Below, in pieces: positions 40,128 to 49,996 of a DNA stretch of 63,922 nucleotides. Position 1 is the stretch's first letter, and each line of letters starts with the position of its first letter. The stretch is from positions 1 through 63,922 of the forward strand of contig JANXUV010000220.1 of the NCBI GenBank assembly GCA_025356085.1. Direction: 5' to 3'. The stretch is from Betaproteobacteria bacterium. Its GTDB lineage: Bacteria; Pseudomonadota; Gammaproteobacteria; Burkholderiales; SG8-39. The translations under genes were made by a program, and so were the position numbers. The notes under the pieces are model-generated. The model was not told the origin of the DNA. It searched no databases and saw only the letters and a list, made by a program, of their open reading frames with translations.

Positions 40128-41705
40128 ATGGTCGCCTGCCCGCACGCCCTCGCATCGCAGGCGGGCGTGGATGCGTTGCGCGCGGGCGGCTCGGCAATCG
40201 ATGCGGCGATAGCGGCAAGCGGCGCGCTCGCGGTGCTGTACCCGCACATGACCGGCGTCGGCGGCGACGCGTTCTGGCTGATCTACGACGCCCGTAAAAA
40301 TGCCGTGCGCTATCTGGATGGCGGCGGGCGAGGGGCGGCTGCGGCCAGCGCCGCCTGGTTTCACGAGCATGGCCATGGCGAGATCCCATTTCGCGGCATC
40401 CTGCCCGCGACGCTGACCACGCCCGGCGCGGTGTCTAGCTGGGTCGAGGCGCACCGCGAATACGGCCGGTTGCCGCTGCGGCGCGATCTCGAAGCCGCCA
40501 TCGGCTATGCACGCGAAGGCTTTCCCGTCGGTGAGCGGCTCGCCGGCTGGATCGAGACGAGCGCGGCAGATCTGGCGCCGCATCCAGAATCGGCGGCGAT
40601 TTTCCTCCCGCAGGGCCGTGCACCGCGCGCCGGCACCAAGCTGGCCAATCCAGCCTTGGCGCGCACCCTGACAGCACTTGCGGAAGGCGGACGCGACGAA
40701 TTTTATGATGGCGAGATCGCGCGCGAACTCGCGTGCTTCTCGAAAGAACATGGCGGGTTCTTCGACGCCGCCGACCTCAGGTCGCAGACGGCCCGCTGGG
40801 GCGAGCCACTCAGGAGCAGCTATCGCGATGTGACAATTTTCCAGACGCCTGCGCCAACACAGGGCTTCACCGTGCTCGAAATGCTCAATCTGCTTGAACC
40901 GTTCGAGTTGCACAGGAAGCCCTATCTTGGCGCCGACACCGCGCACTTGATGGTGCAGGCCAAGCAAATCGCCTATCACGACCGCGACCGCCACCTGGCG
41001 GATCCGCGGTTCAATGAAGTGCCGATAGACAGACTGATTTCAAAAGCCTATTCCGATGTTCAGCGCGGTCTGATGGATCCGGCGCGGGCGCTGCCCTGGG
41101 ACAGGATCCCCTCCTACGGCAGCCTCAAGGGCGACACCGTCTTCATCGCCGCCGTCGATGCCGAAGGCAATGCGGTCGCCTTGATAAATAGCCTGTATGG
41201 CGTATTCGGGTCCTGCGTCGTTGCTGGCAATACCGGCGTGGTGCTGCAGAATCGAAGCGCATATTTTTCGCTCGATCCGGCGCACCCGAATTGCGTGGCG
41301 CCCGGCAAAACGCCGTTGCACACGCTGATTGCCTCGCTCGCGTTCCGCAACGAGAAGCTCTGGAGCGTGCTTGGCTGCATGGGCGCGGACGGCCAGCCGC
41401 AGATCCACGCGCAGGCTTACGTGGCGATGATCGACCACGGCCGCAACATTCAGGAAGCAGTCGAAGCGCCGCGCTGGCTGTCGGGACGCTTTGCGCTGGG
41501 CGAGGCTCGCGACACCCTGCATATCGAATCGCGCTTTCCGAGCGAAACAATCGAAGAACTGGCGCGGCGCGGCCATGCACTGGATCGCTGGGGCGACTGG
41601 AATGAACTGGCCGGCCACGCGCACGGCATCACCATCGATCCCGGCAGCGGCATGCGAATGGGCGGCGCGGATCCGCGCAGCGACGGCGCCGCTATCGGCT
41701 ATTGA
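40128..41705 (+). CDS. gamma-glutamyltransferase family protein (no signal peptide)
   Basis: About 525 aa. GGT-family N-terminus (ASQAGVDALRAGGSAIDAAIA) and the autoprocessing/nucleophile region GDTVFIAAVD. Start is uncertain (ATG 40128 or GTG 40122). Confidence 0.82.
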   Translation: MVACPHALASQAGVDALRAGGSAIDAAIAASGALAVLYPHMTGVGGDAFWLIYDARKNAVRYLDGGGRGAAAASAAWFHEHGHGEIPFRGILPATLTTPGAVSSWVEAHREYGRLPLRRDLEAAIGYAREGFPVGERLAGWIETSAADLAPHPESAAIFLPQGRAPRAGTKLANPALARTLTALAEGGRDEFYDGEIARELACFSKEHGGFFDAADLRSQTARWGEPLRSSYRDVTIFQTPAPTQGFTVLEMLNLLEPFELHRKPYLGADTAHLMVQAKQIAYHDRDRHLADPRFNEVPIDRLISKAYSDVQRGLMDPARALPWDRIPSYGSLKGDTVFIAAVDAEGNAVALINSLYGVFGSCVVAGNTGVVLQNRSAYFSLDPAHPNCVAPGKTPLHTLIASLAFRNEKLWSVLGCMGADGQPQIHAQAYVAMIDHGRNIQEAVEAPRWLSGRFALGEARDTLHIESRFPSETIEELARRGHALDRWGDWNELAGHAHGITIDPGSGMRMGGADPRSDGAAIGY

Positions 41706-41706
41706 T

Positions 41707-43080
41707 TCACACCAGGAAGAGCGTCGCTAATCCCAGAAAGATGAAAAAACCACCCGAGTCGGTGCAGGCGGTGATCAGCACCGAGGAGCCGACCGCGGGA
41801 TCCTGGCCGAAGCGCGCACGCATGTAGGGAATCGTGACGCCCATCCCGGCGGCCAGCAGCAGGTTCAGCAGCATCGCCAGCGCCATCACGCCGGCCAGAG
41901 CCAAGTTGCCGTAGAGCAGGTAAGTGGCAACGCCGAGCAGGCTGCCCCAGATCACGCCGTTAAGCGTCGCGACGGCTAGTTCCTTGCCGACCAGCTTGCG
42001 CCAGTAGCTGGACTGGATCTGCCCGAGCGCCAGCGCGCGCACGATCATGGTGATGGTCTGATTGCCGGAATTGCCGCCGATGCCAGCGACGATCGGCATC
42101 AGCGCGGCGAGCGCCACCAGCTTCTCGATCGAACCTTCAAAGGCGCCGATCACGCGCGAAGCGATGAAGGCAGTCACCAGGTTGATCGCCAACCAGGCCC
42201 AGCGATTGCGGAAGCTGTTCCACACGGGCGCGAACACGTCCTCTTCCTTGGACAGGCCGGCTTCGGCGAGCTGGCTCTCGGAGCTGGTGGCGCGGATGTA
42301 ATCCATCACGCCGTTGACCGTGACGCGTCCCACCAGGCTGCCGGTGATCAGGTCGACCACCGGCGCCGAAACGAGGTCGTAGCGCTCGAAGGCCTGCGCC
42401 GCGTCCTCGGCCCGGTCCTCGGGTCGCAGCTTGACGCTCTCGGGAATCATCACCGCGCCCACTTCCCGCTCCAAGTCGGTGACGATCAGGCGCGCCAGCG
42501 GCAGCGTGCCGAGCAGCTTGCCGCCGCGGTCGACGACGAACAGCTGGTCGGTATGCGCCGGCAGCTCGTCGAGCGCGCGCAGGTAGCGCGTCGCGGCCTC
42601 CAGCGACACATCGGCGCGCACGGTGACCTGGTCGAAGTCCATCAGCGCGCCCACCGTGCCCTCGTCATAGGACAGCGCGGCGCGCAGCAACACCCGCTCC
42701 TCCTGCGGCAATGCCCTGATGACGTCCTGCACCACCTCTTCGGGCAGGTCGGGCGCGAGGTCGGCGATCTCGTCGGCCTCCAGGGTTTCGGCCGCCGCCA
42801 CCAGCTCCTTCGAGTCCATGGTAGCGATGAGCGATTCGCGTACCGCCTCGGAAACTTCGAGCAGGATCTCGCCCTCGCGCTCGGCCCTGACCAGGTCCCA
42901 CACCAGTAGCCGCTCTTCGAGCGGCAGCGCCTCCAGGATGTAGGCAGTGTCGGCGGGATGCAGAAGCTCAAGTTCGCTGCGAAGCACGGCGGGTTCCAAC
43001 TTCTGCGCGAGCCGCTCCTGCACCCGGCGCAGGTTCTGCTGCAGGTCTTCGACTTCGAGACGGGAAGATATCTCCGTCAT
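41707..43080 (-). CDS. mgtE: magnesium transporter MgtE
   Basis: 457 aa. MgtE N-domain, CBS pair and C-terminal 5-TM domain (...GIGGNSGNQT...). ATGA overlap with mtgA. Confidence 0.93.
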   Translation of the reverse strand: MTEISSRLEVEDLQQNLRRVQERLAQKLEPAVLRSELELLHPADTAYILEALPLEERLLVWDLVRAEREGEILLEVSEAVRESLIATMDSKELVAAAETLEADEIADLAPDLPEEVVQDVIRALPQEERVLLRAALSYDEGTVGALMDFDQVTVRADVSLEAATRYLRALDELPAHTDQLFVVDRGGKLLGTLPLARLIVTDLEREVGAVMIPESVKLRPEDRAEDAAQAFERYDLVSAPVVDLITGSLVGRVTVNGVMDYIRATSSESQLAEAGLSKEEDVFAPVWNSFRNRWAWLAINLVTAFIASRVIGAFEGSIEKLVALAALMPIVAGIGGNSGNQTITMIVRALALGQIQSSYWRKLVGKELAVATLNGVIWGSLLGVATYLLYGNLALAGVMALAMLLNLLLAAGMGVTIPYMRARFGQDPAVGSSVLITACTDSGGFFIFLGLATLFLV

Positions 43081-43802
43081 CAGGGAATTTGCGCCGCGGG
43101 CATGCGTGCAAGTATCGTCTCGATCCGGCCCGAGACATAGGGCGTGATGCGGCCGGGTGCATAGCGCCGCGGGCTGGGCAGGATCGCCGCGAGAAACGCC
43201 GCCTGGCTGGCGTTCAGCGCCGCCGCATTGACGCCGAAGTGGTAGCGCGCCGCCGCCTCGGCGCCGAACACGCCCTCGCCCCACTCGGCGTAATTGAGGT
43301 ACAGCTCCAGGATGCGCCGCTTGCTGAGAGCGGATTCGAGCATCCAGGTGATCACCGCCTCCTCGCCCTTGCGCAGCCAGGAACGCTGACCTGACAGGAA
43401 CAGGTTCTTGGCCAGCTGCTGGCTGATGGTAGAGGCGCCGGATATCACCTTGCCCCTGCGTTCGTTCTTCTCGATGGCCTTGGAGATCGCCTCCCAGTCA
43501 AAGCCTTCGTGCTCAACGAACTTGGCGTCCTCGGATGCCACCACGGCGCGTTTCAGTTGGGAGGAGATGCGCTCATACGGCACCCACTGTTGCGCGAGTT
43601 TCGCTTTGGGGTCCTTTTCGCGCAGCTGATCGATGCGCGCCTCCATGAACGCGCTCGAATCTGGCTGGAAGCTGCGCCACCAGAGCACATGGGCAAAGAA
43701 CCAGAGCTGCACCGCCACCCCGGCGATCACCAGGGCACCGAGCGTGTAGCAAAACCCTTTCCAGGCAATGCGCGCAACGCGCAGGCCACCGTCCTTCGCC
43801 AC
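43080..43802 (-). CDS. mtgA: monofunctional biosynthetic peptidoglycan transglycosylase
   Basis: GT51 motifs ASEDAKFVEHEGFD and ISQQLAKNLFL. GTG start. Confidence 0.92.
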   Translation of the reverse strand: MAKDGGLRVARIAWKGFCYTLGALVIAGVAVQLWFFAHVLWWRSFQPDSSAFMEARIDQLREKDPKAKLAQQWVPYERISSQLKRAVVASEDAKFVEHEGFDWEAISKAIEKNERRGKVISGASTISQQLAKNLFLSGQRSWLRKGEEAVITWMLESALSKRRILELYLNYAEWGEGVFGAEAAARYHFGVNAAALNASQAAFLAAILPSPRRYAPGRITPYVSGRIETILARMPAAQIP

Positions 43803-43804
43803 GC

Positions 43805-44608
43805 TCAGCCCCCGCGCAGCGCGGCCAGCACCGGCGCGGTGTCCGGACGCAGCCCGCGCCAGACCAGGAACGACTCGGCCGCCTGCTCGACGAGCATGCC
43901 ACTGCCGTCCTGGGCGGATGCACGGACTGCCCGCGCCAACGCGAGAAACGGCGTGTCGCGTCCATAAACCATGTCGTAGCCGAGGGCGCCGGGCGCAAAC
44001 GCTTCCTTCGGCAGCGGCGGCGCCTGATCGGCGAGGCTCGCCGACGTGGCGTTGATCAGCAGATCGAACTGCTCGCCGGGAAAGTCGCCGTAGCCGCCGC
44101 CCGCGGAGGCGCCGTAACGCTGCGCCAGCGCACGCGCCTTGTCCGCCGTGCGATTGGCCACCACCAGACGCTGCGGCCGCGCCGCCATCAACGGCGCGAG
44201 CACGCCCTGCGCCGCGCCGCCCGCGCCCATCAGCAGGACTCGCTGGCCCGCCACCGAACGGCCCAGGTTGAGCGTGAGGTCGCGCAGCAAACCGACCCCG
44301 TCGGTATTGTCGCCGCGTACTTTGCCGTTCTCGAATACAAGCGTATTCACCGCGCCCGCCACGCGCGCCCTGTCGGTCACTGCGTCGTGGCAGTAGCGAT
44401 AGGCCTGGTCCTTGAAGGGCAGCGTGACATTGGCGCCGCGCCCGCCCGCGGCGCGGAATTCATCGAGTACGCGCGCAAAGCCATCAAGCGGCGCTTCGAC
44501 GCGCCCATAGTCGAGCGCCTGGCGCGTCTGGCGCGCGAACTCGGCGTGGATCCAGGGCGACTTCGAATGCGCGACCGGGTTCCCGATCACCGCATACCTG
44601 TCGGTCAT
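43805..44608 (-). CDS. aroE: shikimate dehydrogenase
   Basis: YAVIGNPVAHSKSPWIHAEF..., NVTLPFK, GAGGAA. Confidence 0.95.
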   Translation of the reverse strand: MTDRYAVIGNPVAHSKSPWIHAEFARQTRQALDYGRVEAPLDGFARVLDEFRAAGGRGANVTLPFKDQAYRYCHDAVTDRARVAGAVNTLVFENGKVRGDNTDGVGLLRDLTLNLGRSVAGQRVLLMGAGGAAQGVLAPLMAARPQRLVVANRTADKARALAQRYGASAGGGYGDFPGEQFDLLINATSASLADQAPPLPKEAFAPGALGYDMVYGRDTPFLALARAVRASAQDGSGMLVEQAAESFLVWRGLRPDTAPVLAALRGG

Positions 44609-45522
44609 TCAGTCCAGACCTTGTCGCCTTGGGCGAAGAACCAGGTGCGGGTGATGACCAGCAGGTCGGTATCCTTGCGGATGTCGGCGGGAAAGACCGC
44701 GAATGGCGCCGCCATCTGCACGATACGGTGCGCCGCCGCGTCCAGAATCTTCAGGCCCGAGGAACGGTTCAGTTCAACCGATTCCACGCTGCCGTCTGGC
44801 CGGATGGTCACCGTCAGCTGCAGCACGCCGTAGAGCTTGCCGCGCGCCTCGGCCGGATAGTTGATGGTGCCGACGCGCTCGATCTTGGCGCGCCAGTCCT
44901 CCTCGTACTGCGCGAAGCGGTACTCGCGCGCGTTGGCGCCGATGAAGCGCTTGCGCGGCCGCTCCTGGTAGGCCTGCGTCTGGCGCGCGATCTGCGCCTG
45001 CAGGTTGAGCATCGCAAGCGACCGGTCGGCGATGTCGCGACCCGACACCTGCGGCGTGGCTTCCTCGGACGGATTGCGACCCTCCGCGCCGGCCGCCACC
45101 GAGGAGCGCGCTTCGCGCGCCTGCGCGAGCAGCCGCTGCTGCTGCGCCTCGAGCTCGCGCTGGCGGCGCTGCATCTCGGCGAGATCGCGCCCGGGCTCCT
45201 TGGGGTTGGTAGTCGGCAGCGCACTGGTGGCGCGCTGCCTGGCTTCGGTGTTACCGCCGCCGTCCAGGTTGGCCTGCGCCAGCGCCTTGGCGCGCTCCGG
45301 CTTTTCGCGGGTCTTGGAGTTCACCAGCACCACTTCCAGCGGCTGGCTGGCCGAATTCCAGCGCATCGCATCCGGATAACGGAAGTGGATCGTCAGCAGG
45401 ATCGCGTGCAGCAGGATCGACACCGCCACCGACACCAGGAGCACCCGGGACTGATGGTCCAGCCCGTTCCAGTACTCGCGCGGATCCAGCAACATGCTCG
45501 CGGCGTTGGCCTGCAATTTCAC
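44605..45522 (-). CDS. TonB C-terminal-domain membrane protein (coiled-coil linker instead of a Pro-rich linker)
   Basis: N-terminal TM segment (VLLVSVAVSILLHAILLTI), a Gln/Arg/Glu-rich central region and a TonB_C-like end (YPAEARGKLYGVLQLTVTIRPDGSVESVEL). The start is uncertain (GTG 45522, TTG 45516 or ATG 45495). Confidence 0.72.
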   Translation of the reverse strand: MKLQANAASMLLDPREYWNGLDHQSRVLLVSVAVSILLHAILLTIHFRYPDAMRWNSASQPLEVVLVNSKTREKPERAKALAQANLDGGGNTEARQRATSALPTTNPKEPGRDLAEMQRRQRELEAQQQRLLAQAREARSSVAAGAEGRNPSEEATPQVSGRDIADRSLAMLNLQAQIARQTQAYQERPRKRFIGANAREYRFAQYEEDWRAKIERVGTINYPAEARGKLYGVLQLTVTIRPDGSVESVELNRSSGLKILDAAAHRIVQMAAPFAVFPADIRKDTDLLVITRTWFFAQGDKVWTE

Positions 45523-45557
45523 CTCGGAAAGCGAAGTTCTCCTGTCATTTTAGGCTT

Positions 45558-47417
45558 TTACAGGGTGGCCTGCCCGAGACTGGCACGCCAGACACAATTC
45601 ACCTGGCGCTCGATCAGGTCGGGCGCCTCAACGGCCAGTCGCACGCGCGTGCCGGGCTCGAGTTCCGGCAGCGACGGCACGCGAACCACCAGCGGCAAGC
45701 CGTCGAAGCGCACCATGTTCTCGCGCAACACCACGCCATCGGCTTCGGTAACATTTTCCTGCGCCAGCCAGCGCAGGATCCAATAGTGTTCCATCGCGCG
45801 CTGAAACTCGTCGTAACGCGCGGCAACGACTTCGAAGCTGCGCAGCGCCCCCAGCAGCCCCTCCGAGTTGCGCGCGAACGGCGCCCGCTGGCCGCGCACC
45901 GCCGCGATCAGTTGCCACTGGTTGAGCAGGTCGACGTAGCGGCGCAGGGGCGAAGTGAACCAGGCATAGGTTGCGACCCCCAAACCCTCATGCATCTCGG
46001 CGTGCACGCTCATGCGCACCTTGCCGGAGCCCTGCACGCGATAGATGGCGGCGACGTCGTGTTCGGCCAGCACCTCTCCCCAGGTGGTGTTGGAGAGGAT
46101 CATCAGCTCGGAGACCAGCTTGTCGAGCGGCGCGCCGCGCTTGCGCGTCTCGATCGCCACCCTGCCCTGTTCGACCCGGAAAATGTAGTCCAGATTCGCC
46201 GTGTTGACGCTCGCCTTGCCGCGGCGCGTTTCCAGCGCCAGCGCGAGCTGCCACAGCGTATGCAGTTCCTCCTCGAAAGCCAGGCCAAGCGGGCCGTCCT
46301 TGCGGCCGTCCTCGAATGCCGCGTTCAGCGCGTCGTGCTCGGAGTGGCGCAAGTTGGCGGCGACGCGGATGCGCTCAAGCCGCGTATGGCGGCCGCGCAG
46401 CGCAAAATCCTTCGCGCCCACATTCAGGTAGAGCGATACCGCCGGGCGTTCGGTGCCCGCGTCCAGGGACAGCGGTGCGATCGCGTCCTCCGGCAGCATG
46501 GTGAACTTGCGGCCCGGCATGTAGGCGGTCGACAGCCGCTCGCGCGCAATCGCGTCCAGCGGCGAACCGGGCGCGATCGCCAGGCCCGGCGCCGCAATGT
46601 GGATGCCGATGCGCAGTTCGTCCTCCGAAACTCGGGTGACCGAAAACGCATCGTCGATTTCGGTGGTGCCGAGATCGTCGAGGCTGAACACCGCGACCTC
46701 CGCCAGCGGCAAGTCCCCAGGCGGCGACGGCGCAACATGCGCCGGAAACTGTTCGCCCTTCGGATAGAACTCGTGCAGGAAGCGCCCGAGGTGATATTCG
46801 TGGCTGTCGGCCAGCATGCCGCAGCGCTCGAACAGGCGCGCTACGGTCAGGCCGGTCTGCGCGCAGGCCAGCTCCAGTGCCTTGGTTTCCGGTTTGGCGC
46901 GATCGGGCCCGTAGAGCAGCTCCGCGCGCAGCTGTGCCAGCTCGGGCGGGCACTCGAAGCGTGCCAGCTGTGCGACCCACTGCGCGATCTGTTCCTGCAG
47001 CCGCTTCTTCTTTTCGACGCCGGCCAGCGCGAGCTTGAGCGTGTCCTCGGGCGCCGCCTGAAAGCGCCCCTTGCCGCGGCGATAGAAATACATCGGCGCC
47101 GAGTGCAGCTTAAGCAGTACCCCCGCGTTCTCTACAGGCGCGGGGTCCCGTCCCACGTAGTCGCGCGCCAGATCCTGGAAGGCGAATTCGGCCCCCTTGC
47201 GGCATTGCCACAGGAAATCGGTATCCAGGCCGTCGGCGAATTTGCGCGCCTCCGCCAGCAGCTCGGCGCCCGAGGGCCGCTCGAAGCTGAGCACCACGTT
47301 GGCGGCCTTGATCTTGGAGCGCCGACCGTGCGGGCTCTCTACCTGGAAGGAGGCCGGGCTTTGCGACATGACTGCGCCGACTTTGAACTCGCCCTCCTCC
47401 TCATATAGGACGTTCAT
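45558..47417 (-). CDS. RNB-domain 3'-5' exoribonuclease (RNase II/VacB family)
   Basis: 619 aa. RNB catalytic motif TEIDDAFS and ...SPLRRYVDL.... Trimmed from ORF 45558..47771 to ATG 47417. Confidence 0.85.
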   Translation of the reverse strand: MNVLYEEEGEFKVGAVMSQSPASFQVESPHGRRSKIKAANVVLSFERPSGAELLAEARKFADGLDTDFLWQCRKGAEFAFQDLARDYVGRDPAPVENAGVLLKLHSAPMYFYRRGKGRFQAAPEDTLKLALAGVEKKKRLQEQIAQWVAQLARFECPPELAQLRAELLYGPDRAKPETKALELACAQTGLTVARLFERCGMLADSHEYHLGRFLHEFYPKGEQFPAHVAPSPPGDLPLAEVAVFSLDDLGTTEIDDAFSVTRVSEDELRIGIHIAAPGLAIAPGSPLDAIARERLSTAYMPGRKFTMLPEDAIAPLSLDAGTERPAVSLYLNVGAKDFALRGRHTRLERIRVAANLRHSEHDALNAAFEDGRKDGPLGLAFEEELHTLWQLALALETRRGKASVNTANLDYIFRVEQGRVAIETRKRGAPLDKLVSELMILSNTTWGEVLAEHDVAAIYRVQGSGKVRMSVHAEMHEGLGVATYAWFTSPLRRYVDLLNQWQLIAAVRGQRAPFARNSEGLLGALRSFEVVAARYDEFQRAMEHYWILRWLAQENVTEADGVVLRENMVRFDGLPLVVRVPSLPELEPGTRVRLAVEAPDLIERQVNCVWRASLGQATL

Positions 47418-47427
47418 GCGCGAACGT

Positions 47428-47997
47428 TCATGTGCGGATGCCGGCAAAAGCAAGGATGCGCGGAATATGCTCCGGAAAACTCTGCAGCGAATGGTCGCCG
47501 CCATCGCGGATCGCCGCGCGCGCGCCCTCGTACTTGCGCGCCGTTTTGCGCCAGTCCAGCACCTCATCGCCGGTTTCCAATAGCAGCAGATAACGCTCCG
47601 GATCGACCTCCTCGACCAGCAGCTCGCGCCAGCCTTCGAGATGCGCGCGGGTGAGTTCGTAGGGTTCGCCCGTATGCAGATTCTTCTGCGTGCCGAGATA
47701 AGCCTCGAGACCGACATGCGGCGTGATGGCCGGATTGATGAGCACTGCGAGGCAGTCGAGCCGCTCGGCAAGATAGGTCGCGTAATAGCCGCCCAGCGAA
47801 CTGCCGATGAAGGTGACGCTATGCGGATCGCGCCCGGCGATCGCTAGTTCAATGGCGCGAATGGCTTCGCCCGGCGTATCCGGCAGCGCGGGGCAGGCAT
47901 AGAGAGAACCCAGTCGCCTGCCCTCCATATAGGTCCTCATCACCTGTGCCTTGTGGGAGGCAGGCGAGCTGTTGAAGCCGTGGAGGTAGACCAGCAT
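47428..47997 (-). CDS. YqiA/YcfP family esterase (alpha/beta hydrolase)
   Basis: 189 aa. MLVYLHGFNSSPASHKA..., nucleophile GSSLGG, C-terminal GGDHSL. Confidence 0.85.
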   Translation of the reverse strand: MLVYLHGFNSSPASHKAQVMRTYMEGRRLGSLYACPALPDTPGEAIRAIELAIAGRDPHSVTFIGSSLGGYYATYLAERLDCLAVLINPAITPHVGLEAYLGTQKNLHTGEPYELTRAHLEGWRELLVEEVDPERYLLLLETGDEVLDWRKTARKYEGARAAIRDGGDHSLQSFPEHIPRILAFAGIRT

Positions 47998-47999
47998 GC

Positions 48000-49340
48000 C
48001 TAGAGAGACTCGAGAAGTTTCTGATGAATGCCGCCGAACCCGCCGTTCGACATTACTAGTATGTGATCCCCGTCGCGCGCTTCGGCCGCGATGGCCGCCA
48101 CCAGCGCGGGGAGTCCGGACTCGCAACGCACGCGTGCCCCAAGCGGCGCAAACACCGCGGCCGCATCCCACGAAAGTCCGGCATCGTGGATATAGACATT
48201 GTCGGCGCCCTCGAAGCTCCCCGGCAGCGCGTCTTTCAACGCGCCCTGCTTCAGCGTGTTTGAGCGCGGCTCGAACACCGCGAGAATGCGTCCGGCCCGA
48301 TGGCGCTGGCGCAGCCCGGCGATGGTTTCGCGGATCGCCGTGGGGTGATGCGCAAAATCGTCGTACACCCGGACCCCGCGCACTGTCCCGCGCAGTTCCA
48401 TGCGCCGCCGCACGCCCTGGAACCGGGACAAAGCTTCCAGCGCGGCGGCCGGTTTCACTCCGGCGTGGCGCGCCGCTCCGATCGCGGCCAGCGCGTTCAT
48501 CCGGTTGTAGTTGCCGGCCATGCCCCAGCGCAGCCGGCCGACCGGCTTGCCTTGCCATGCAACTTCGAAACCGCCCTCTTCGTCCGCAGGCCCCGCCTCC
48601 CAGCCGGCTGTCGTGCCGAATTCCTCCACTGGCGTCCAGCAACCCATAGCGAGTACCCGCTTCAGGGCTGCGCCCTGCCCGTCTATCAGGATCCGACCCG
48701 ATCCAGGGATAGTACGCACGAAGTGATGAAATTGCCGTTCGATCGCGGCAAGATCGGCGAAGATGTCTGCATGATCAAACTCCAGATTGTTCAAAATCGC
48801 GGTCTTTGACCGGTAGTGCACGAATTTGGAGCGCTTATCGAAGAAAGCGGTGTCGTACTCGTCCGCCTCGATGACAAAACACTCCCCCTCGGTAGCCCGG
48901 GCCGATACCTTCAGGTCCGGGGCTATCCCTCCAATAAGGAAGCCGGGATTGCGCCCCGCGTGCTCCAGGATCCACGCCAACATGGATGAAGTAGTCGTTT
49001 TGCCATGGGTTCCAGCAACAGCTAGTACCCACTTACTTTGCAGGAAGTGCTCCGCAAGCCACTGTGGGCCCGACTGGTATCGATCGCCGCGATCGAGGAT
49101 CGCTTCCATCAGAGGATTGCCGCGCGTCACCACGTTGCCGACTACCCAGAGGTCGGGCGAAAGGCTCATCTGATCGGCGCCATAGCCTTCGATCAGGCCG
49201 ATGCCGAGCGCGCCCAGCTGTTCGCTCATCGGCGGAAAGACATTGGCATCGCAACCGGTAACGCGATGCCCGGCCTGCTGCGCGATGGCTGCGATGCCGC
49301 CCATGAAAGTACCGCAGATGCCGAGGATGTGGAGATGCAC
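48000..49340 (-). CDS. mpl: UDP-N-acetylmuramate:L-alanyl-gamma-D-glutamyl-meso-DAP ligase
   Basis: (GTG)HLHILGICGTFMGGIAAIA..., with the P-loop GTHGKTTT of the Mur ligase fold. Confidence 0.93.
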   Translation of the reverse strand: MHLHILGICGTFMGGIAAIAQQAGHRVTGCDANVFPPMSEQLGALGIGLIEGYGADQMSLSPDLWVVGNVVTRGNPLMEAILDRGDRYQSGPQWLAEHFLQSKWVLAVAGTHGKTTTSSMLAWILEHAGRNPGFLIGGIAPDLKVSARATEGECFVIEADEYDTAFFDKRSKFVHYRSKTAILNNLEFDHADIFADLAAIERQFHHFVRTIPGSGRILIDGQGAALKRVLAMGCWTPVEEFGTTAGWEAGPADEEGGFEVAWQGKPVGRLRWGMAGNYNRMNALAAIGAARHAGVKPAAALEALSRFQGVRRRMELRGTVRGVRVYDDFAHHPTAIRETIAGLRQRHRAGRILAVFEPRSNTLKQGALKDALPGSFEGADNVYIHDAGLSWDAAAVFAPLGARVRCESGLPALVAAIAAEARDGDHILVMSNGGFGGIHQKLLESL

Positions 49341-49357
49341 GACGCTATTATCAGGGG

Positions 49358-49996
49358 ATGAGACGCTCGAACCGGTCCGCGCATCGATCCGGCCTGCGAA
49401 TGCAAATCGCGGCAGCGGCGGCCCGCATCATGGCCGAGGAGGGCATTGACGACTTCGCGCTCGCCAAGCGCAAAGCCGCGCGCCGGCTGGGCGCGGCCGA
49501 CACCGAGGCGCTGCCGGCGAACGACGAAATCGAGGCCGAGCTGCGCGACTACCTGGCGCTCTACCAGGCCGAGGAACACCCCGAGCGCATTGCCGAGTTG
49601 CGCCGCGCCGCACTTGAAGCCATGCGCGCGCTCGAGCGCTTCAGCCCGTACCTGACCGGGCCGGTGCTGGCGGGGCTTGCCGGCCCCTACGCCGAAATTG
49701 AACTGCAGCTGTTTCCGGAGAGCAGCAAGGAAGTGGAATTATTCCTGCTCGACCGCAAAATCGAATACGACGCCAGCGACGAGCGGCGCTATACGGGCGA
49801 CCGCGCGCGCGCGGTGGCGGTGATTTTGCTCACCTGGGATGGAGCGCCGCTGCGCTTGTCGGTTTTCGATCCGCGCGACGAGCGCGCAGCGATGAAGACC
49901 ACGCAGGCAGGCAAGGTCGCGGCGCGGGCCGGAATTGCGGAAGTAAGGACGCTGGTCGAAGCGGATCGTGATGCACATGGCGCCCGGGCGGCGTGA
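49358..49996 (+). CDS. conserved hypothetical protein
   Basis: 212 aa with plausible composition. Divergent from mpl. No family recognised. The 3' end overlaps the next ORF by 29 nt. Confidence 0.5.
   Translation: MRRSNRSAHRSGLRMQIAAAAARIMAEEGIDDFALAKRKAARRLGAADTEALPANDEIEAELRDYLALYQAEEHPERIAELRRAALEAMRALERFSPYLTGPVLAGLAGPYAEIELQLFPESSKEVELFLLDRKIEYDASDERRYTGDRARAVAVILLTWDGAPLRLSVFDPRDERAAMKTTQAGKVAARAGIAEVRTLVEADRDAHGARAA

Noticed and set aside
45786-47408. 540-aa plus-strand ORF antisense to the RNB exoribonuclease
   Set aside because: Same reasoning: the RNB motifs are on the minus strand, and the plus-strand product is low complexity.
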